Positions 51,001 through 61,480 of a stretch of 64,000 bases of DNA are shown one piece after another. This DNA comes from Mobula hypostoma (taxonomy: Eukaryota). Positions within the stretch are counted from its first letter, which is position 1; every line of letters starts with the position of its first letter. The stretch spans positions 15,190,001-15,254,000 of the forward strand of contig NC_086108.1 in NCBI RefSeq assembly GCF_963921235.1. The letters run 5' to 3'. The notes below the pieces were generated by a model. The model was not told the origin of the DNA and did not search any database. It worked only from the letters and a program-made list of their open reading frames with translations. Both the position numbers and the translations under genes were made by a program.

Positions 51001-51959
51001 TATTGATGAATTGTTGGTGTTTTGCCTCAACCAATTCCTCTGGCAGCTCATTCCATATATGAACAAGCAGTGAAAAGGCTTCTATTATATCACTACCCTC
51101 TCACCTTAAACTTTTGTTTTCCGGTTCTTGAGTCCTCGATCCTTGGAAAAACACTGTATGTATTCACCCTAGCCATACTCTCATAATCTTATACACCTCC
51201 ATAAGGTTTTATCTCATTCTTTTTAGACTGCAATGAATAAAATTACAATATGCTTAACTTTGCTCTATATTCAGTCCTTCAAATCCTGACAATATCCTTG
51301 CAAATCTTCTCTGCATTCTTTCGTCCCTAATGGCAACTTTCCTTTACTAGTATGATCAAAACTGAAAACAATACTCTAAATATAGCCTCACCAACTTCTT
51401 GTCCTCCAGATTGGAATAAGTGATTCACCTAGAAAAATTAAAGTTCAAAGTAACTTTATTATCAAAATACATGTGTGTCACCTTATAGAAGTTTGCAATT
51501 CATTTTCTTGTGGGCATTCACAGCAAACCAAGGAACACAATAGAATCAATGAAAGACCTCCCCCAACAAATTGCAAAATACAAAAAAAAAACAATAAATA
51601 TCAAGAAATATTGAGTGAAGAGTCCTTGAAATTGAGTCCATCAGTTGTGGGAACAGTTCAGTGTTGAGGTAAGTGAAATTGAATGAAGTTATCCCCACCG
51701 GTTCAAGAGCCTAATAATTGAGGGGGTTTAACTGTTCCTGAACCTGGTGGTGTGGGACCTCTATCTTCCTGATGGCACCAAGTATGGTTTGGATCCCTGA
51801 ATAGGTGGAAAGAAGGAAATGGAATAGAATTGATCTCCCGCGGCTGTACTTTCACACATATTTACATGATACGAATTTGTGGAATACATGCTCGATGTAC
51901 CACCGTTGATTAAGCTAACATATCTGTCTCTGTACAATGCCTCCTATAAGGTCAAACTG

Positions 51960-52830
51960 ACAGACCAGACCTATGCAGCGGGTGACCTCCCAGCGTCGCT
52001 ATCGCGGGAGAGCGATCCGCTTGACGAATAGGATTGTACTCTCACGTCCCCAGGATCATTTCACATGGAATGAGGACGTCAACCAATATAGTTACATCTA
52101 CTGTACCTATATACCTTTTACCGCACCATCCCAGCGTTAACACTGACCATTACGTGGGGTAGTTTTGATTAAAGTTGGTCGGCGCGTAATACAGTTATTA
52201 GTTCCTTTATCCCGTTCCTAAAGAATCCGGGCCATACACCCACAACCACTGGTCACTCCTTTGGATAGAAATGGCGGCGGAGTTGAATGCATCATGGGAA
52301 TTGTAGTCCTTCTTGCACCGTTTCCGGTGATCCGAAGCGGCCGGAAACTACGTGTCCCAGGGTCTGTGCGAAAGGGCATGCGCGTTAGGGCCCGCCTGAA
52401 CGAGTAGTGTCCGGTAGGCGCAGAGCGGTGAGTGAATACCGCCGCCGGTAACCGGGCAACGGCACCCGGCCGGGGCAGGCGTCGCCATGCGGCTGCTGTG
52501 AACCACCGAGTGGGGCGAAGAGAGAGACGCTGGAGGGGGGAGGGTAGTGTGAGGGCCCGGTCCGGGTGCTGTGGGAGGGGCAGCGGGACCAGCCGAGGGG
52601 CTTCCAGTCCGGGGCCCTCGATCGGGCCACGGTTGTATTAGGACGGCGGGCGTGACCAACTGGGGCTCCTCCCCAGGAAGGCTTGTTTACCTGGCCCTCC
52701 CTCATAGGCGTGGCCTGTCACCCTGCGAGGCGAGTCCAACTCTGCCCTTTCCCTTCTTGGAGGTGTGGCCGATTGACCTCCGAACTCCCCACCTCTCCGC
52801 TATTCACCGTGCCATGGGCATGTTTATCTG
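51960..52830 (+). promoter_or_regulatory. ZBTB37: CpG-island housekeeping promoter and probable first exon of ZBTB37
   Basis: The only large CpG-rich unique region. It has a YY1 motif AAATGGCGGC (~52269), two oppositely oriented ZNF143/Staf SBS motifs (TGGGAATTGTAGT ~52295; ACTACGTGTCCCAG ~52347), ETS CCGGAA sites, NRF1-like GCATGCGC (~52376), CCAAT (52083), and donor GCG|GTGAGT at 52427/52428. Confidence 0.75.
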
Positions 52831-53781
52831 GACCCCCGAGATATGACAGAGTAGGGACCTTCTGACGGGAGCCTCCCCAATCAGGGGGTGGATTCTATCT
52901 TGTCTAGGAGATTCACAGCACAGAAACAGGCCCTTTGGCCCATCACGCCCCTGCCAACCTTCTTCCCCATCTACACTAATGCTATTTGCTTGCTTATTTA
53001 ATGAGCTTTCCAAATGCCTCTTAAACCCAATGAGTGTATCTGTTTCCACCGTCTCTTCTTCAACACATTCTGGATATTAACTACTGTATAGCAAAAAAAA
53101 GTATGCTTTAGATTTCTTTTAAGATCTTTGATCACTCTAAATTCCCCTTCAATTCTCCTTGATAACCCTGTCATGGCAAAGTAGTTAATTGAATGAATAT
53201 GCTGTGCCTATATTTTCAATGGATATTACATTACATCATTGTCTTCTTATTTCCAGGCCACATGTGCTATAGTGAAATTCTTTTGTGAACACAGTGTTGT
53301 TTATAAAGGAACTCTGATTCCTGTTTTGTGTTTATATTGCTGCTTTTATATTTGGAATGGATCATAAATCAGAACATCTCTGTGTGACAACATCAATACT
53401 TAGAAGATTCTGTGAATTTAATGTGAATGTTACAGATCTATACTTTGTTGCAATATCCACGTTAACGCGCATAGTTCATATATTTTGGGTACTCTGGTAT
53501 GGAGGAGTTTAAAGAAAATCAGATGTAGGCCATACTTACCCTGGCATTCAATATGACCATGGCTGATCTGCTCCAGACCGCACCTTTGGGCCATTTCTCT
53601 GTTGCCCTTAATTTCCTGAACTTTCAAAAAATCTATTTTCTTTTTATAAATCTGCCATGATCTTCAGGGTGAAGAATTACAGAGCTATCCCCCTCTCCAT
53701 CCAGCCTACCTTCCTCTCTCCCTGTCGTTCCAAAGCCCAGATCCATTCTCTACCTGTCCCATTCAGGCTTGCTCTCAGGAA

Positions 53782-54872
53782 TCATCATCATCATCATCAT
53801 CAGGTGCCATGCCCAGTTTGAGCTTTGACTACTATGGCCCACACACTCCTGTTTCGGGTCAAGTCGATCAATTCATTGGTATTCATTTCCAGTTCTCTGG
53901 CTGCTGTCTCCATCATTATTTGTCTTTGCCTTCTTCCCTTCAATCTTTCCCATAATTACCGTGCACTCTAACTTCTCTTTCCTAATTTCATGTCCAATGA
54001 AGTTACGTTGCCTTTTCATGATCTCATACATTATTTCTGTTTTTGTGCTTGCTGTGTTCATGATATCCTCATTAGATATTTGTTTCGTCCATGATATTCT
54101 TTGCATCCTCCTCAAAAACCACATCTCTGATGCTTCAATTTGTTGCCTCATGATACTAGATATTGTCCAATATTCTGAGCTATATAACATAACATTTCAG
54201 TGCTCTGTGGCGGGTTGTCATGCCTAGTTTAGTGTTGGTCAGTATACTCTACATTCTCGTAAAGGTGTCTTTTGCCATCCCCATTCTTCTTTTGATGTCC
54301 ATGTCTCACCTGCCATCTGATGTCACCCAGCTTCCTAAGTAGCAAAAGTTCTGTTCTTGTTTTATGTCTTCCCCGTTTTATGCTCAGCCTGCAGGTAGGA
54401 TTCCCCTTCTTTTTGGATATCACCATACATTCTGTCTTTTTGCAATTGATAGAAAACTTAAGACAAAAGTTTACGATTGAAGTAAAGAATAGATTTCAAA
54501 GTCTAGAAATAGAATTTGTTGAAGATGATAGCAATCGTGTAGAAAAGAAGTTTAACTATCTGAAGGATGCCTTGGTAGAATCAGCAAAGTCAGTGATTCC
54601 TAAAAAAGAAAAAAACACGAAGAATAAATGGATGACAGATGAAATCAAAAATCTAATGGAAGAAAGGAGACGGAAGCATGCAAATCCTATAGAATATAAG
54701 TCCTTAGATTAAAAAAGTTAAAAGCTTATGTTAAAAAGCCAAAGAAGAATGGTTAAACCAGGAATGTGAGCAATTAGAAAGAATCCCTATTACTGATCCA
54801 AAAAGGTTACATCAACAAATCAAGAATATCACTGGTAAAAAGCTCCTCTGTTCTTCAGGTGGATGTTTGAAA
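53782..54872 (-). mobile_element. RTE-clade LINE insertion with a 5' inversion
   Basis: (ATC)n tail at 53782; minus-strand RTE C-terminus (LYSSEYWT..IEASEMWFLRRMQRISW); plus-strand upstream ORF2 piece (EVKNRFQSL..KNKWMTDEI); 11-bp TSD GCTCTCAGGAA at 53771-53781 and 54873-54883. Confidence 0.88.
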
Positions 54873-56569
54873 GCTCTCAGGAAAGAATAATTATAATGGA
54901 GGTGGATATAGGTAGTCTGTAATGGCAGAGGTGTAATCCTAAATTGACCCTGGGGGATGGGGGTGGGGGGGGGTCAGATATAATGCCAAAGTTGCAGCAT
55001 GTGCCAGTAAACACTCAGGCATCATCTGTGAACAAGGAAGCAAAGTTAAATGTTTCAAGTTGTAGAAGAATTTTCAGCAACTGCAACAGGTTACCAGGAG
55101 ATTGGTAATTCAGTTTACCAATCTGTGGCGATGGAACAGAGCAAATGGCTTTGGAAATACCTATGTTTGTTTGAAGTTAGTTTCTACTTAACCTCTTTGG
55201 GTTGCAGATAAATGGAGAAAGTTGCTGAGCGTCGTCCTCTCTCTGCATCTGATTTCTCTGAACAGTCCATGAACACTTCTTCAGTATGCCTCTTTTTGCT
55301 CTGTTTACTTGTTTTTGTAAGTTATAGTCACTGTATCGCTGCCACAAAGTAACACATTTCACGGTGAATGTCAGTGAACACATCTAGAATACTTAGATAT
55401 TTTTGTAGAGTTGGTTTTGTGAGGGGTATTCTTTTGATGAGGCAGATAAATGCCTTGAAACGGCCAGGTCTGTTGGTGTACTATAAAAATAAATCTCATG
55501 TAGAGTGGACCAAGTTACAAAAAATAAAGCAATTCAATCCATATCCAAGGATCTCGGTGACTTTTTCAGGACAAGTATTTAATATTAATTTCATGAGTTG
55601 CTGGATTTTCTTACGTTGTGTATTTTTTGAACTTTGTAAGTTAATCTCTTTTGTTTTATAGATTGAGACTACGTAATGGCTAAGATCTACAGGAACCCCG
55701 TGCTGGAGCATTGTTGCATGTTTTGCGATGCATCAACACTGTACCGGGGCACATTTGTGTGGTAATTGGTGAGTTTCTTGTGAGATTGGTGGGTTTGTCA
55801 AAGGAAATTAGGGTTCTTTCACTACTGGGCAGGGAGGGGTTGGGGTGGGTTGGGTGGAGAAGCCCCTCAATTATTGTAGTAGCATACCACCCCAGGGGGC
55901 CACATGAATGGCAACAGTGCTATTGGTTTTAAGAAATGTAGTAGAACATTACTTAACACATTGTCTATGAATGTAAGAATGAAAAGGCATTGCATAGTTT
56001 ATTCCTGTAAATTAAGTTATATATGTATGTATAAATTTCTTATGGCTCATTGATCCAGTGCTACAATGGTAGAATCCTGAAAGGGTTGGACAGCTTTTGG
56101 TTTCTCTCCTGAGACGATTGCCTTCACCAGTAATCTTGTGATGCACATTTCTCCTGTCATTGCTTGGCATTTTTGCCATAAGCAATTCAGCTGGTAGAGC
56201 TTCTTCCTTGCTACTCCAGTGTTCTCGATCAAATCCTGACATCTGGTCCTGACTGTGTGGGATTTTACACATTATCTCTCTGAAAGTGTGGGTTTCTGCT
56301 GGATGCTTCCTTTTTGTGGTTTGGTTGGTTGTCCTGAGTGGGTGGCATCCTAGCAGAGTTAATAAGAACACAGGGAGAATAAAATGGGTTTAGTGTGATG
56401 GTCAGGGTGGATCAGTGCACTGAAGGACCTGCCAATTGCAGAGAAGATTTTTAGTTAATCTCAAACAAGGCCCTTAATTCAGCGTTCCCCAACCACCGGG
56501 CCGTGAGGAAACGATATGAGTCAACTGCACCTTTCCTCATTCTCTGATACGCACTGTTGAACTTGAACA

Positions 56570-57145
56570 TAGGGTTGCCAACTGTCCCGTATTTGGCGGG
56601 ACATCCGGTATATTGGGCTAAATTGGTTTGTCCCATACGGGATTGTCCTTGTCCCATATTTCCCCCATTAAGGTACAGCATTCCATTAATTTATATGGGA
56701 AAAATTTTTGCGCGTTCCCAGACTCAAAAGATAACCTACCAAATCATACCAAATAACACATAAAACTTAAAATAACTCTAACGTATAGTAAAAGCAGGAA
56801 TGATATGGTAAGTACACAACCTATATAAAGTAGAAATAATATATGTACAGTGTAGTTGGGAAGATTAAGCCAAAACCGATTTGTGGAAAAAAAAATCGGC
56901 GCGTATGTGCATGCGCACGTCAAGCATGCGCACACAGGTGCCCGTGCAAGGCTTCATGGTCATGGTAGTCTTTCTCGGGGTAAATACAAGTGTCCCGTCA
57001 ACACACACAAAAAATGCTGGTGAACACTGCAGGCCAGGCAGCATCGATAGGAAGAGGTACAGTTGACGTTTCGGGCCGGGACCCTTCGTCAGGATTTGAC
57101 TGCTACTTTTGTCCTTATTTGGAAGTGAGAAAGTTGGCAACCCTA
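56570..57145. mobile_element. Nested non-autonomous TIR element (TAGGGTTGCCAACT termini, hAT-like)
   Basis: Perfect 14-bp terminal inverted repeats TAGGGTTGCCAACT / AGTTGGCAACCCTA. Confidence 0.75.
57060..57096 (-). ncRNA. Penelope-type minimal type I hammerhead motif (core intact, stem I damaged)
   Basis: Minus strand reads ...atcCUGACGAaGGGucccggCCCGAAACGUCaacug: intact CUGANGA, stem II, GAAA and GUC. Confidence 0.6.
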
Positions 57146-57726
57146 ACTGAAAAAGACATGTTGAGGTGAGTTTAACCCAACTTGAACATGCCCCCCCCCC
57201 CCCGGGGTCAGCCGGTCCACAAGAATATTGTCAATATTAAACCGGTCCGCAGTGCAAAAAAGGTTGGGGACCTCTGCCTTAATTCACTCAACTGACCTAC
57301 TGTATACCACTCCACATACATCACATCCAATACTCTTTTAGTCTTTTCTCTATCAACCAAGTTGTCTTGGTCACCTGCTGCACTGATCTGCACTGCTTGG
57401 GGTATGCATGGTCACCCAGTGGGGCGCTCGCTTTTTCAGTGAGCACTGATAACAGAACTGCTCTTGTCACTGGACTAAATTTGGTAACAGCAACCATCTA
57501 GTAGCAATTAGAATCATAGATTTATACAGCGTTGAGACCGGTCCATCACCCCAACAGGTTGCCTACTCAACTCGTCCTACTTGTCTTTATTTGGCCCATA
57601 TTCCCTCTAAACCTGTCTTATCTATGTATCTGAAAGGCTTTTGAACATTGTAAACGTTCACATATCCACCACTTCCTCTGGCATCACACATGTGTGAAAA
57701 GGTTGACTGTCAGATTGCCTTTAAAT

Positions 57727-57806
57727 CAGGGTTTCCAACCTTTTTTATGCCATGGACCCTTACCATTAACCGAGGGGTCTGTAGACCCCAGGTGGGGAAA
57801 CGCCTG
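57727..57806. mobile_element. 80-bp hAT-type MITE
   Basis: CAGGGTTTCCAACC...GGTGGGGAAACGCCTG termini, 8-bp TSD CTTTAAAT/CTTTAAAA; a partial related copy lies at ~39885-39933. Confidence 0.7.
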
Positions 57807-57926
57807 CTTTAAAATCTTAATCTTTTCACCTTAAATCTAAGCCCAGGGGGGAAAAACTGTGACCATTTATTGTATCTTTGCCCCTCATGATTATATAAAT
57901 CTTGATAAAGTCAGCCCTTAGTCTCC

Positions 57927-58507
57927 CGGGTTATTAGTGAACTCACAGTCCCCTGGGAAGACGACATCGATGAAGCCCATGAGCGCAAATTAACCAAGTA
58001 TTCAGTATTAAGATCAGGATGCAGAGACAGAGGGTGGAAGGTCTCATGCTATCCATTCGAAGTAGGCTGCCGTGAGTTTATTGCATTCACTCTCCAGAAG
58101 TGGCTGCGTGACCTTGGCTACACTAGAAGAGAGATCAAGTCAACTAGCAGGGCTGTAGCTGAGGCAGCAGAGAAAGGATCAGCATGGGTGTGGACCAAGT
58201 ATGTCCAGAGGGGCAGATAGTCAGACAGTGTATACATCTTTTGCAAACCCTTCAGTAGTTGCATAGACACCCGAAGAGCAGACTATCTGTTGGATGGAAG
58301 TGACCAACAACTCTGATAGAGGCAGATGCCAAGTTTTTAAGCTCATCAGTGGGAGGTGGTACTTTAGCACTGCTGGCCCACCATCTTGAGGGAGTCTTGA
58401 TCATAAGTGGGCCGAAACTCCTGAAGACAGGTAGCAAATCAACTGATGATCCCACTGGTGATCCCACTGAGAACAGTTAACATCTTAGTCCACGTGTATT
58501 CTGTAAC
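57927..58507 (+). mobile_element. 5'-truncated HERO-like (restriction-like endonuclease) non-LTR retrotransposon
   Basis: Open frame 57927-58220 (absent from the ORF track, no start codon): RVISELTVPWEDDIDEAHERKLTKY...C..RGW...PFEVGCRE...AEAAEKGSAWVW...*. Flanked by a 54-bp direct repeat at 57873-57926 and 58508-58561 (1 mismatch). Confidence 0.85.
58390..58456 (+). ncRNA. Putative rearranged (non-circularly permuted) hammerhead ribozyme in the HERO 3' UTR
   Basis: GUC 58394-96, GAAA 58414-17, CUGAUGA 58443-49. Stem III GGAGU/ACUCC, stem I UUGAU/AUCAA, stem II AGUGGG/CCCACU. Confidence 0.6.
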
Positions 58508-58989
58508 TATCTTTGCCCCTCATGATTATATAAATCTTGATAAAGTCAGCTCTTAGTCTCCTACACTTCGGGGAAACTAGTCACGGCCTATCCAGTCTCT
58601 ACTTATTACTCAAGTTCTCCAGTCGTGGCAACATCTTTGAAACAAAAAAAACTGCACCACTTCCAACTTATTGATGTCCTTCCTATAGCTGGGTGAACAA
58701 TACAGTAGTTGTGGTCTCACCAGTGACTTGGCGAGGTGATTGTTGCAGGTGTGATAATAACATGACAAAATGGAATGGTGTTTAATACAGGCACATGTTG
58801 ACAGAGGAAGATTGACAGACATGTTGACAGACAGAAATGTAGTTGGAAGAAATTGATTCTATTTCATATATGGAAGAGACTGGAGACTACCCTGCAAGAA
58901 AGCTGGAGACCACAAAATTGCAATGTCCAGGATTAGTGGTAAATATGGGTGAGATTCTTTAGATGGGATGTGTGTTTGGGGAGGAATAA

Positions 58990-60420
58990 AGTTCTAAGTA
59001 AATTTGTTATCAAAGTACATATATTTCACCATATCTAACCTTGAGATTCATTTTCTTGTGAACCCACAAGCAAACAATGTACAGAAGACAATGCACTGTG
59101 CAAATACAAAAGGAAAAATAATAATAACAATAAATAAATATGCATTGAATATCAAGAACACAAGATGAAGTGTCCTTGAAAGTGAGTCCGTAGCTTGTGG
59201 GAACAGTTCATTGATAGGGTGAGTGAAGTTATCCCCTCAGGTTCATAATTGTTCCCGAACCTGGTGGTGTGGGTGCTGAGGCTCCGTTCATATGGAAGCA
59301 GTGAGTAGAGAGCATGGCCTGGATGGTGGGGATCATGGGCGATGGATGCTACTGTCCAGTGTAGATGTGCTCATTGGTGGGGAGGGCTGTACCCATGATG
59401 AACTGGGCCATATCCACTACTCTTTGTAGGATTTTCCATTCAAGGGTATTGGTGTTTCCATACCAGGCCATAATGCAACCAGTCAATATACTCTCCACCA
59501 CATATCTACAGGAGTTTGTCAAAGTTTTAGATGCTATGCCAAATCTTCACAAACTTATAAGGAAGTAGATGTGCTGCCGCACTTTCTTTGTAATTGCATT
59601 TATGTGCTAGACCCAGGACAGATCCTCTGAAGTGATAATTTAAAGTGGCTGATCCGCTCCACCTCTGTTCCCCAGGTGAGGACTGGCTCATAGACTCTGG
59701 TTTCCTCTCACGATGTCAATCGTCTCCTTCGTCTTATTATGGCACCACTCAGCCTCCTTTCTTTATGTTGATTCGTCACCACCTTTGATTCAGCTAACAA
59801 CAGTGGTGTTGTCAGCAAATTTACATATGGCATTGGGAGCTGTGCTTAGCCTCACACTCATAAGTATAAAGTGAGTAGAGTAGGGGGCTAACCACACAGG
59901 CTTGTGGTGCACCTATGCTGATGGAGATTGTGAAGGAGATGTTTTTGCCAATCTGAACTGACTGGGGTCTGTCTGCAAGTGAAGAAGTCGAGGATCCAAT
60001 TGCACAAGGAGGTTTTGAGGCCAAGGTCTTGAAGCTTATCAATTAGTGTTGAGGGGATGATTTTATTGAATGCCGAGCTGTAGTTGATGAAGAGTATGCT
60101 GATGTATGTATCTTCGCTGTCCAGATGTTCTGTGGTTGAGTGAAGAAACAATGAACTGCCGTCTGCTTTGGACATGTTGTGATGTAAACAAATTAGAGCA
60201 GATCCAAATCACTTCTCAGGCAGGGGTTGATATGTTTCATTACCAGTCTCTCAAAGTAATTCATTGCAGTGAATGTACTATAAGTGCTACTGGACGATAG
60301 TCATTGAGTCAGGTTACCACATTCTTCTTAGGCACCAGTATAATTGACGTCTGATTGAAGAGATGGGTACCTCAAATTGCCGAAAGAGAGGTTAAAGATC
60401 TCAGTGAGCACTCTAGCCAT
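58990..60420 (-). mobile_element. Rex1/Babar-type LINE, decayed
   Basis: YISILFINYSSAFNKIIP, GAPQACVVSPLLYSLYT. Confidence 0.85.
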
Positions 60421-60469
60421 TTGAAAGGTAAGGTTTAGAGGGAAAGATGGAAGATCCATCCACTGTCTC

Positions 60470-60995
60470 TAGGCCTTTCACTATTTGATAGGTTTCAATG
60501 AGATCCCTCCCCTTTCTTCTAAACACCAGTGAGTACAGGCCCAGAGCATTCCTGGTATGTTAACCATTTCATTCCCAAAATCATTCTTGTTAAACCTCCT
60601 CTGGACCCTCTCCAATGCCAGCATATCCTTTCTTAGATAAGGGGTCCAAAAATGCTCACTGTATCCCAAGTGCGGTCTGACCAATTTCTTATAAAGACTT
60701 AGCATTGCATCATTGCTTTTATGTTCTAGTCCTCCTGAAATGAATGCTAACATTGCATTTGCCTTCCTTACTACTGACTCAACCTGTAAGCTAACCTTCA
60801 GGGAATCTTACACAAGGACTCCCAAGGCCTTCTGTATCTCTGATTTCTGCATTTTTTTCCCTGTTTAGAAAATAGTCTACACCTTTATTCCTGCTATCAT
60901 AGTTCATGTCCTTACATTTCCCTACATTGTATTCCATTCTCCTAATCTATCCAAATCCTTCTGCAGACTTCCTGCTTCCTCAACACTACTTGCCC
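60470..60995 (-). mobile_element. CR1 LINE fragment
   Basis: MLAFISGGLEHK..LYKKLVRPHL..LERVQRRF. Confidence 0.8.
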
Positions 60996-61480
60996 TTCTG
61001 TCATGCACCATTGTTCTGAACCATACAAGAGTGTGGACAGGACACAGCTCTGGTACATCTTCACCTTGCTGTGGACACTGTACTTGGTTGTTCCCCAAAG
61101 GTTGCTCATTGATCTGAAGACGATTCAAGTTTTGCTGAGTCCTTGGTTCCACTATTTAGCCAAATGATGCTGCCTAGGTAGGTGAAGCTAAGTTGATGCC
61201 ATATGCCTTGATGGGAGGAGGAGACTCTACATTGGTGGTCATGGTCTCAGTCTGTCTCTGGTTGACTGTTCAACCCGTCCACCACAAGTTACACAGGTGC
61301 TGAGTTTTCTCTTGCGTGTGTTGGTCTGTATGTGATAGTAAAGCAAGGTCATCCGCAAAGTCAAGGTCTTCTAAAGTGAAAAATAGAGTCCACCTAATGC
61401 CCCTCTGCTTATCTTTCACTGTTTGCCTCATAACCCATTCAATCACCAGGTTAAACGATATCGTCGACACCACACAGCCT
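60996..61480 (-). mobile_element. RTE-type LINE RT fragment
   Basis: FNLVIEWVMRQ...GIRWTLF.TLEDLDFADDLALLSHT. Confidence 0.7.

Larger units (their letters stand above)
56480..57276. mobile_element. Non-autonomous hAT (Charlie-like) element
   Basis: TIRs CAGCGTTCCCCAACC / GGTTGGGGACCTCTG; perfect 8-bp TSD CCTTAATT at 56472-56479 and 57277-57284. Confidence 0.88.

Noticed and set aside
30730..52200. GAS5-hosted C/D snoRNAs expected from mammalian synteny
   Set aside because: No convincing C/D box pair with known guide sequences found by eye; a covariance-model search is needed to be sure.
52348..52865. Overlapping GC-rich ORFs in the CpG island
   Set aside because: Low-complexity Pro/Arg/Gly products typical of GC-rich promoter DNA, with no homology recognised.
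53407..53418. CDE-core hairpin ATTCTGTGAAT (also TTCTGTGAA near 12043)
   Set aside because: Both lie in presumed introns rather than 3' UTRs, and a short motif is expected by chance.
53532..53546. U1 snRNA 5'-end-like ATACTTACCCTGGCA
   Set aside because: Similarity stops after ~15 nt and sits within a repeat tail; no U1 body or PSE.
54951..54973. G-quadruplex-capable G-run
   Set aside because: Simple intronic G-run with no further supporting context.
58421..58427. CTGAAGA as the hammerhead core strand in the HERO 3' UTR
   Set aside because: Its flanks do not form stems I and II; the CTGATGA at 58443 does.
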